Below, piece after piece: positions 26,099 to 38,563 of a stretch of DNA of 64,000 nt. The translations under genes and the position numbers were made by a program. Under the pieces are notes generated by a model. The model searched no databases. It saw only the letters and a program-made list of their open reading frames with translations, and was not told where the DNA came from. The stretch comes from Eledone cirrhosa. Lineage: Eukaryota. The first letter of the stretch is position 1, and each line of letters begins with the position of its first letter. The stretch spans positions 6,138,001 to 6,202,000 of the forward strand of contig OZ024752.1 of the NCBI GenBank assembly GCA_964016885.1, read 5' to 3'.

Positions 26099-27274
26099 AG
26101 CCCAGATATACACACACACACACACATATATGTAAATATATGTGTGTGTGTGTGTGTGTGTATCTGAAATTATATATATATTATATTTATATATATATAA
26201 ATACTTGATAGCTCTCACAACATGGAGCCAAGCACGTAACAACAACGTTGGCGTATTAGTCGCTAGTCTTCCTCCCCACACAGATATGTAACATACCTTA
26301 CGACATATGGAATATTTCGTTGGATGTAAGACAGTACCACAAGATTCCTTCTAAAACAACTGCTACTATTAGAACCAGCCCACATTACAGACACCACACA
26401 GGTCTAACACTGTTGTCCAAGGGAAAGGCAATGGTCGATACAGTTTGGTACCAGTGGGGTCACAAATCATTTCTACAGCTGAGTAAACTGGGGCAACGTG
26501 AAATAAAAGGTTTTGTTCGGGGATTCAATGCATCACCCAATCCAGGGTTTCAACCCAAAACCTTACGATTGTGACCTCAACGTTCTAACCACAAAACCTT
26601 CACTTTTCCAAATTTAAAGTTTTCTTAGCAACTTTCAATGTTTATTTTAGGTTTTGCCGTCTGAAGAGCTCAGGCTATCTTACCTGATAACCATCAGGGA
26701 AATATGTATAACGGGGTTTTAAATAAACCTGAATCAACTGAATATGGCCTCCAATCTTATATATATATATATATATTTAATACATTAACAGAGAAAGCTT
26801 TAAGCAATACTCCGACCGGCTTCCGTCTCACTCAACAAACATTAGGATATACCTTAGCATAATCCCAATTATACGTTTGGGGTGCTAACTATACGTATTT
26901 TGTGGATAGCCAGTTGTATTATTTTATATGAGACATAATTAAAATACATCTCTCTTTCCAAACGATCGTTTCATTATAAGCTTTCTACAAATTGGGAAAA
27001 TAATGTCCTGGTTATGTAGAAGCCTACACATAGTCCGTAGGAATATATGTAGGTGGGCACTTATAAATCATCAGTGGATGCCGGACAAATATCGATATAA
27101 AAAAAACCTTACCGATATTAATGTTCAGCGATGGTACCCCTCCGATGGTACCCCTCCGTGCTAGAATGACCGCCAAATATGTGTGTGTTTATCCCGGGTG
27201 TAATCGGGGGTAACCATAGTAAGTAAGGTACTCAATACATAGCAGAGTATAAATATTTAATATATAATATAGAA

Positions 27275-27375
27275 ATGGCTTCTACAGGACTAGAACTGTT
27301 TCATTCGGGAGAAATCATCAGCAAAACCCTGATGATTTCCTCCGAATGAAACAGTTCTAGTCCTGTAGAGGCCAT
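27275..27375. mobile_element. Fold-back element with hammerhead-like core in each arm
   Basis: ~47-bp inverted arms, 7-nt loop; CTGATGA-TTTCCTCCGAAT-GAAACAGTTC; another single copy at ~42283-42312(-). Confidence 0.6.
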
Positions 27376-27579
27376 AATACCGATTGTGTTGTTATTTCTG
27401 TTTACCTTTTATACACACACGCACACACACACACACACGCGCGCGCACACACGCACACGTGTGTGTGTGTGTAAAAAGTAAACAGAAATAACAATACAAT
27501 CGGTACAGTATATGGAAAGGATATATTAGGTAAATGCTTGAAATAGCAGGAAGACGGTCTTAACATATATATATATATA

Positions 27580-27843
27580 TACGATATTAAACAAATGGAA
27601 ACTATATTTATATTTATAAAACCATATTTATTTCGTTATATATATTTCTGGGATATCATATTAAAAAATCATATTAATATGATATCCCAGAAATATATAT
27701 AACGAAATAAATATGGTTTTATAAATATAAATATAGTTTCCATTTGTTTAATATCGTAAACCTACTCCAGAAACTGTTGAGTGCTTTTATATCAGTTATA
27801 AAATATTTACTCGTTGTAACCCAACAATCTTAAATAAAACTTT

Positions 27844-27847
<4 letters not shown>
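27580..27847 (+). mobile_element. (TA)n-flanked fold-back element with 89-nt unpaired tail (putative PLE 3'-end relic, family P2)
   Basis: Arms 27580-27664 and 27674-27758 are reverse complements; tail 27759-27847; homologous to 42898-43194 and 44468-44710. Confidence 0.7.
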
Positions 27848-27942
<95 letters not shown>

Positions 27943-28159
27943 TGCCGAGCTGAGACAGCAGATGGAGTAGTGGAAACATTAGCCCAGGACCAGAGGATCT
28001 AACTCTCTACACATATGAAATAGTTTCTCTATTTAACTTATTAGTGTCGTCTCTGTTTTCCACTGGGTCACTATTTTAATAATACTCGCTTAATTAAAGC
28101 ATTGAGTGACTGGGAAAATGGTCGAAGATTTTCCGGTCCTATCTAATGACTTTGTTTCA

Positions 28160-28526
28160 GTTTGGCAGTATCGGTAGAGCGTCAGACACCATGCTTTGTG
28201 GCATAGAGTTATAGCCCTTTATGTTCTGAGTTCAAATCTGGTCGAGGTTAGCTTTGCCTTTCATTCTTAAGGCGTCGATAAAATAAAGTACCAGTAATAC
28301 ACAGGGGTCGAATTAATGGACTCCTCCCTCCTCCAAAATTGTTGGCTTTGTGCCTTAATCAGAAAATATCATTTAAGCTAATTACACAAATTTGTAGCCC
28401 TTTAAGGATCAGTAATGCATCCTTACGGGGTCGATAAAATAAAGTAGCAGTAATGCACTGGCGTCGATTTATTCGACTTTCCTCTCCCCTTCAAATCGCT
28501 GGCCTTGTGCCAAAAGTAGAAAGAAT

Positions 28527-28558
<32 letters not shown>

Positions 28559-28752
28559 TAATAATTGTTTCTAGTTTTGGCACAAGGCCAGCGATTAACC
28601 AGTAGATTACTGGTACTTTATTTTATCGACCCCATAAGGATGAAAGGCAAAGTTAACCTCGGCGGGATTTGAACTCAGAATGGCAAGGGCCGTAACTCTA
28701 TGCGTCAAAGCATGGCGTCCGACCCTCTACCGATACTGCCAATTCACCGCCC
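28160..28752. mobile_element. Cluster of three SINE family B copies (28160-28372 +, 28420-28530 + partial, 28558-28752 -)
   Basis: A-box/B-box-like head TGGCAGTATCGGTAGAGCG...GAGTTCAAATC and the shared GTCGATAAAATAAAGTACCAGT core. Confidence 0.85.
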
Positions 28753-28869
28753 TTATATATAGTAATAATAATAAATGTGAAGACTAAAATCCAAAGAGGG
28801 TTCCATAAGGATAAATATATATCAAATATATAACCGTAGACCAAATATATATTAAAATCTGTTATTTTA

Positions 28870-29770
<901 letters not shown>

Positions 29771-29883
29771 TATATTTGCTCTACGGTTCTTATATATTTG
29801 ATATATATTTATCCTTATCGAGCCCTCTTTGGATTTTAGTCTTCACATTTATTATTATTACTATATATATATATTTATATATA

Positions 29884-29946
<63 letters not shown>

Positions 29947-30140
29947 AGAAAAAATGAAACGAAATTTCATTTCTCACTGTTAGTACAGTTGTTACTTAAA
30001 TATAAGTATGTATACGTACATACTTATATGTATACCGACGTACAGTAGTATGTCTCTATATATATATATATGTATCTGTATATATATATATACAGATATA
30101 TCTATATATATATATCTGTATATATATATATATATATGTA

Positions 30141-30177
<37 letters not shown>

Positions 30178-30379
30178 GTGTATTTATAAAACATTCCCCA
30201 TTCAGCCCCATGCCTACCATCCCCTACAAACCCAAACACCGATATATTCGGCCCCAATTTAACTTTGCTGCTGCTCCCACTCACGTCGCTTACCTTCTCC
30301 CCTTCAATTCTATTAAATCCCACCCAGTCCCCTACTAAAGTTCTCATAAATATTTCCTTTACCTACAAATATCTTCCGT

Positions 30380-30645
30380 TTTCCACCCCGATCAACACAA
30401 ACTACCCCACCCCCCCTGCTCCAACCATTAGAGCCCCCCCCCCTCCTTTCCACCCCGATCAACACAAACTACCCCACCCCTGCTCCAACCATTAGAGCCC
30501 CCCCTCCCTCCTTTCCACCCCGATCAACACAAACTAACCCCCCCCCTCCTGCTCCAACCATTAGAGCCCCCCCCCCTCCTTTCCACCCCGATCAACACAA
30601 ACTACCCCCCCCCCCCCTGCTCCAACCATTAGAGCCCCCCCCTCC
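30380..30645. repeat. C-rich minisatellite, ~65-70-bp unit, 4 copies
   Basis: TTCCACCCCGATCAACACAAACTA(C)n-TGCTCCAACCATTAGAG(C)n repeated with variable C-runs. Confidence 0.9.
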
Positions 30646-30777
30646 TTACAGCATTATCATCGTTTCAAAGAATAAGTATTTTTGGTTCTGTGTATTAAAG
30701 CAATGGAGGGTTAATTTGTATGAAGAGAGAAACAGTTAAAGTACATATCTCTCTCTCTCTCTCTCTCTCTTTCTCTA

Positions 30778-30853
<76 letters not shown>

Positions 30854-30890
30854 ACTCTCTCTCTTTCTCTCTCTCTCTCTCTATCTCTCT

Positions 30891-30954
<64 letters not shown>

Positions 30955-31112
30955 ATACTTTGGGAGGGTCATGTTGCCAATAAGAAACACACGCACCAGT
31001 TGCTTTCACTTCAATTTATTATATATTTATAAATTTATAAATTTACAAATCTACAAACTTATAAATTTCTGGTTGATTGGTTGGTTTCACAACCAGATAG
31101 TTGTTTATATAT

Positions 31113-31157
31113 AGTCATAGTCCTTTCGTCACACACTCTGTGACCTCTTCAGTGACT
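31113..31157 (-). ncRNA. Type I hammerhead ribozyme (inverted copy)
   Basis: Exact reverse complement of 31346-31390. Confidence 0.8.
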
Positions 31158-31345
31158 GGGGATTTCTTTCTTTGTTTCTGTGCCTTTCCTTTCTTCTGTC
31201 CTACGCCATTTTGATAAATGAACACAAACACACACAGACACCCGGATGTGGCGCATGCGCAAACTGAGCACACAACACACACACAGAAACAAAATGGCGT
31301 AGGACAGAAGAAAGGAAAGGCACAGAAACAAAGAAAGGAATCCCC

Positions 31346-31390
31346 AGTCACTGAAGAGGTCACAGAGTGTGTGACGAAAGGACTATGACT
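31346..31390 (+). ncRNA. Type I hammerhead ribozyme
   Basis: AGTCA-CTGAAGA-G-GTCAC-agagtgt-GTGAC-GAAA-GGAC-TA^TGACT: 5-bp stem I, 5-bp stem II, intact core, minimal stem III. Confidence 0.8.
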
Positions 31391-31842
31391 ATATATAAAC
31401 AACTATCTGGTTGTGGAACCAACCAACCAACCAGAAATTTATAAGTTTGTAGATTTGTAAATTTATAAATTTATAAATATATAATAAATTGAAGTGAAAG
31501 CAACTGGTGCGTGTGTTTCTTATTGGCAACATGACCCTCCCAAAGTATAACAATATCGGTTTCAACACACGATTTCAGATAAAGAATCTTGCTAAACAAA
31601 TTCAGAAACGAAATATATATATATATATATATATATATAATGACCCGAATTACTTGGTCGTTTTTATGGCAGTGCGGATGATTGTTTAACCATCGTCTCG
31701 GTGTGTTTGGCCCTTAACGTATGTTGTAGCTCTGGTTCATCTGAATCATTGAGCGCTTGCCACACATCTCGGAAGTTGTTTTTCGTTAATTCCTAAGCCG
31801 AAATACGATTCTCGCTAATTTATATATGTATATATATATATA

Positions 31843-32176
31843 GTTAGAGAAGCAAAAAATTGCTTATTGTGATCCAGTTCTTGGTTAAGAAAGCCAGTTT
31901 CATGGATGGTTTCAACGTACGGTTAGGGGTAACTCCACTAGTTTGTAAGAATTCCGTTCAATCTTGGAGTATAAAGTATAAAAGAGAAAACACAGGTAAG
32001 CATTAAGAGAAGGATTTCATCCAGGTATTTACGACCGTTTCATTGGTAAGTGCAACCTTATATTGCTATACTGCTATATTGCAGTATAGCAATATAAGGT
32101 TGCACTTACCAATGAAACGGTCGTAAATACCTGGATGAAATCCTTCTCTTAATGGTTACCTGTGTTTTCTCTTTTA

Positions 32177-32180
<4 letters not shown>
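31843..32180 (-). mobile_element. (TA)n-flanked fold-back element
   Basis: Near-perfect palindrome 31975-32180 (~100-bp arms, 6-nt loop) abutting (TA)n on the right, with an unpaired ~130-nt segment on the left; arm contains GAAACGGTC (hammerhead 3'-half-like). Confidence 0.65.
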
Positions 32181-32223
<43 letters not shown>

Positions 32224-32226
<3 letters not shown>

Positions 32227-32628
32227 GTGTATAGTGGTAGCTATGGTGCTTCCATAGGCGGTATACCAAATTTAGCACTCGATATTCATCAGAGTAGAGT
32301 GGAGATATTATAAAGAAAACGAAAAATCAGTGATGCATCTGGACTTAGTTTATTTCGTGTTACAAATGTTTCGCCGGCATGTAGCTCGAGTCATGGTCCT
32401 TGTATGGATCTGGCTGATTCTACTTCTGTGGGTTCTTTCAGACACGGGTGTTACGTCCGGAGCAAAGTGATAAAATTTGCTCCGGACGTAACACCCGTGT
32501 CTGAAAGAACCTGCAGAAGTTGAATCAGCCAGATCCATACAAGGGCCATGACTCGAGCTACATGCCGGCGAAACATTTGTAACACGAAATAAACTAAGTC
32601 CAGATGCATCACTGATTTTTCGTTTTCT

Positions 32629-32637
<9 letters not shown>
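32224..32637 (-). mobile_element. (TA)n-flanked fold-back element
   Basis: Palindrome 32305-32637 (~160-bp arms, few mismatches) abutting (TA)n; unpaired ~80-nt tail 32224-32304. Confidence 0.65.
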
Positions 32638-32678
<41 letters not shown>

Positions 32679-32786
32679 TAACAGATTAAAGTTTAAGCAA
32701 AGAATCGCTTAGGTATGTGTGTGCGCTTGTTATATACGTATTTATTTATTTATTTATATACGTTTATTTAATTATATGTATACACG

Positions 32787-32819
<33 letters not shown>

Positions 32820-33431
32820 TTTTTTATATATATGTTTATGTGTATTTGGTGTATACATTCGTATGCGTGCGGGTACAGGCGTTGCGTGGGTTCTGTATGT
32901 GCGTGCGGTTTTTTTTTTTGGGGGGGGGGGGTGTACGTGCGTGTATTTGTATACCTATGGCGAGTGTTTTCGCGTATGCTTGTGTATGTACGTATATGGA
33001 TGCGTGTATGTATTTATTTAATTTCAATTACCTCTGTATTTTATTTACTTATTCTTAACTCGGAAGCCGAGAATCATTCGGTCTCCTAGTTAGAATTTTA
33101 GTCTACGACTTCAGCTATACCATTTACGTGGTTTTGTCTTTGCGTGCTATTGTTCTCCATGCTCCACATATGACGCATTATCTTCGTTTTTTCCGTTCAA
33201 TGCCGGGGAACGTCTCTATGAACCACCTAAGAGAACATTAGTCTACGACCTCTTTTATACCATAAACGTGGTTCTGTCTTTGCGTGTAATTGTTTTTCAC
33301 CGCTCCTATTAATGACGTATTATATTCGTTTTTTCCCGTTCTTTGCCAGGGAACATTTCAAACGAACCAAAGTATCGTCTTCCTGTCTTCCTCCGGTTGC
33401 AACGTTTTTTGAAATATTTACTTCTACGTTT

Positions 33432-33994
33432 TAATTAAAATAATACGGTTTGCCTCTCGATTTAAAATAATAAATCAATAAAAACAAACCTATATTGGCA
33501 ACAGCCGTGATACCTGGACAAATTTTAAATTTTAAATTTTTAAATTTGTTTCGCAACAATTAAGTGAAATTTCCTATTCCTGTGCTCTTCTGCAGGTATC
33601 CAGAAATTTTGAGCTATTTAATTGTAAAAGACTATTTGAGTTTATAACTCCATATATAATATTCTCGGCTCCATGCGTTGAGCTAATTTTTAGTCCCATA
33701 AAACCGGCTGCTATTTTTAGCGACATGAGTATAGGACGGGCTAGACGCTGGGACACATGTGCGTTCAACAACACATTTATCTCAGTCTTCCTAAGTATTT
33801 TGAAGTGAAACTTACCAATTTCTGGATACCTGCAGAAGAGCACAGGAATAGGAAATTTCACTTAATTGTTGCGAAACAAATTTTAAAATTTAAAATTTAA
33901 ATTTGTCCCGGTATCACGGCTGTTGCCAATATAGGTTTGTTTTTATTGATTTATTATTTTAAATCGAGACAGGCAAACCGTATTATTTTAATTA
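33432..33994. mobile_element. Inverted repeat with ~177-bp arms and ~210-bp spacer
   Basis: Arms 33432-33608 / 33818-33994 nearly identical; decayed hammerhead-like CAGAAGA-GCA...TGC-GAAAC in the arm. Confidence 0.6.
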
Positions 33995-34708
33995 GTATTT
34001 TTCAATCTAGCTAACTTGGTCATTTGCAATGCAAACACTTGTATACTTGTATCAGTGTTTAGCTCTATCATATATTCATTTGTATATATATGTATAAGTA
34101 TACATACGTATGCGTGTATACTTTTTGTATGTATAAGTATAGAAAAAGTATACACGCATACGCACACACATATATATGTATGTCAATATCTAACTATCTA
34201 TATATATGTCTATATATATATATATATATATATTACTTAAGGAAGCTGCTACTAAAACAGGCACACACACACACACACACACATATATACAAACATATTT
34301 GTGTGTGTGTATATATATATATAAATATATGTGTGTGTGTGTGTGTATATGTATATGTGTGTGTTTTAGTAGCAACTTCCTTAACTAATATATTTTTCTA
34401 ACAAACTCTGATTCGCTCTTTACAATCCGCAAATAGCTGAGATAAATATATATATATATACATATTCACATACATATATACATACACGCATACATACATA
34501 TACACATACTTACGTAACATACATACAACCAACTCCCACCTCTCTATCTCTCTCTATCTCTGCCTCTCTATCACCCCCCCCCCCCCCCCCCCCCCCACAA
34601 CACACCCTACTAATAGATCTGTTTTATATCACAAGTTGGCTGTTCAGCAATATTTAGATCTTGCTATTATTGTGGTTGTTGTTGTTGTTGTGGTGGTGGT
34701 GGAGGTAG

Positions 34709-34740
<32 letters not shown>

Positions 34741-35377
34741 ATGGTGGTGGAGGTTGTTGTTGTTATTGTGGTGGTTGTAGTGGTGGAGGTGGTTGTGGTG
34801 GTGGTGGTGGTGGTGGAGGTGGTTGTTGTTGTGGAGGTGGTTGTGGTGGTGGTGGGTGGTTGTTGTTGTTATGTGGCTGTAGTGGTGGTTGTTGTTGTGG
34901 TGGTAGTGGTGGTGGTGGTGGTGGAGGTTGTTGTTGTTATGTGGCGTAGTGGTGGTGGTGGTTGTTGTTGTTGTGGTGGTAGTGGTGGAGGTTGTTGTTG
35001 TTATGTGGCGGTGGTTGTTGTTGTTGTCGTGGTGGTGGGTGGTGGTTGACAAGTGAGTGGCCTTGTTGGGTATAGGAAGTGAGGTAATATCAGGCTTACA
35101 TCACACACACACACAGACGCACATATATATATATATATACACACACATACACACACATACACACACATACACACACATACACACATGCTCGAGGCAAAGA
35201 GAAGTAGAAGAGTATAGCATAGACACACACACATTCTCTCTCATACATACACACACACACACACGTACACGTACACACACACATATATACACACATACAC
35301 ACACGTACACACACGTACACATGGCAGATACAATTATATCATTTCTCTTTCACTTTCAATTTATATATTTTACTTTC

Positions 35378-36045
35378 ATCACCATCACCATCACCACCAT
35401 CACATCACCACCATCACCACCATCACTACTACCACCATCACCACCATCACCATCACCACCACCATCACCATCACCATCACTACTACCACCACCACACCAC
35501 CATCACTACTACCACCACCACCATCACCATCACCATCACCATCACCACCACCACCACCACCACCATCATCACCATCATCACCATCACCATCACCACCACC
35601 ACCATCATCACCACCACCACCACCATCACCACCACCACCATCATCACCACCATCACCAACATCACCATCACCACCACCACCATCACCATCACCATCACCA
35701 CGATCACCATCACACCAACATCATCATCACCATCACCACCATCATCATCACCATCACCACCATCATGACCATCATCACCATCACACAACATCATCATCAC
35801 CATCACCATCATCACCATCACCATCACCATCATCACCACCATCACCATCATCACCATCACCATCACCACCACCACCATCATCACCACCATCACCATCATC
35901 ACCATCACCATCACCACCACCACCATCATCACCACCATCACCATCATCACCACCATCATCACCATCACCATCATCATCATCATCATTACCACCACCATCA
36001 CCATCATCATCACCATCATTATCATTACCACCATCACCATCATCC
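35378..36045. repeat. (CAC/CAT)n trinucleotide tract
   Basis: Directly visible; source of the poly-His pseudo-ORF. Confidence 0.95.
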
Positions 36046-36114
36046 CCACATAACCAGCTTTATATGCATTTTTTCACACACACTTGCATACACACACACG
36101 CACACACACATACG

Positions 36115-37131
<1,017 letters not shown>

Positions 37132-37654
37132 TGTTATATTTGGGGAGGGTCATATTTGCGTAATATTGCCAGAATTAATAACAGAACACACTCACTGTTT
37201 GGTTGGTTTTCGCTTCTCGCTGTCTTTTATATATATATATCTGCGATCTAACTTACTCGGTCCTCAATGTTGCCATTGACTGACCGGCGGTCAAAAATAA
37301 TACAGATACAATATAGACAAACACATATATATATAGTTTACATAAATCTTTCGTTGCACATCTGCAACATCGTCAGTGGTGTTATATTCATTGTTCCTCC
37401 TGTTGTGTTGTATGTCTACGCCATTTTTTTTTTTGTTCAGTCTGTCTATATATTTATTTATTTATTTGCTTGTTTGTTTATCTTATTTTATTTTTTTGTC
37501 TTCTTTGCGCATGCGTTTGCGTGTGTGTATAGTGTTATGTGTGATGTGTGACTAGTGTGTATAGTGTTGTGTCTGCTGGGTGACTAGTGTGTGTTTATGT
37601 GCTTGTGTATGTATTTATTTATCTTATTTTATTTAATTTAATTTACTTATTTAT

Positions 37655-38563
37655 TTATACTTCTCTTAGGTCAGTGTTGTTTGTTTGGGTGTTGTTGTTG
37701 TTCCACTCATTCTTTCTGTTTAGCTTTGGTCTTCTAATTTCTATTTCACTGGCCTCTCTGATTTGCCTATCTGCTGGGTCATTCCTATGTTTAGATATTA
37801 TTCTAATTTCTATGTTGTCTATGTTACCGTCATGATGTTGTCTAGCATGTTCGTATAGTACTGACCCGTTTTTTCGTCCTTTTAGTTCCCCCCAGTGTTG
37901 GTCTATCCTTTCACCTATGCTACGAGCTGTCTCACCTATGTATGTTGTTGTCGTGTTTCTGCAAGTACCCTCTGTACATCTTATGCTATAGACTACGTTT
38001 CTAGTTTTACAGTTTATCCGGGGGTTCACCTTACATATGATACATTTCCTATTGGTACAGTGGGTTTTCTTAAAAGGGTAGGTTTTGCTGATCAGGGATT
38101 TTATGGTGGTTCCTGGCTTTTCTACCACCTTTATTTTTAAGTGGGTCTTTCTCAGGGCCTTTCTACACTGGTTAGCTAATTTCCCTCCAGGGGTGGCGTC
38201 CACAAACATGACACTCTGATATCTCTGGTTGTCGTACCATGATGTGGCCTTCCCTATCTTATGTCTAGCCCTATCTAAGCTATTCCATGATTTGCTCCTG
38301 TATAGTGGGCAAATTCCTTTCATGTCCAGTTCTATGAGGGTCTTATACTTTTCCATGGCTCCTTCGTATACTCTGACTCTGTCTCTTTGGTTGTAGCCAG
38401 AGAACTGCATGCGGTTGATGAAGTGTTGGATGTGTCCTTCCATTTCTGTTGGGTCGCACATGCTGGACACATTCTTCATCACTCGTACCAAATCTGCGAT
38501 CAGAATATTAAACTTAGCACTACTGGACATTGCTGAGTTTTTGAGTATCAGGTATTTGGAGGC
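37655..38563 (-). pseudogene. Inverted duplicate of the PLE thumb + GIY-YIG region
   Basis: Translation ASKYLIL...DLREV is identical to the C-terminal ~300 aa of the plus-strand ORF; the Cys/Tyr-rich start of the listed 334-aa ORF is antisense of the Asn-rich tract. Confidence 0.9.

Larger units (their letters stand above)
30947..31613 (+). mobile_element. Non-coding mini PLE: inverted pLTR pair with hammerhead ribozymes, inserted in (TA)n
   Basis: 267-bp arms 30947-31213 / 31290-31556, tail 31557-31613; terminal ATGACCCTCCCAAAGTATAACAATATCGGTTTCAACACACGATTTCA is homologous to the end of the PLE at 41782-41848. Confidence 0.85.
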
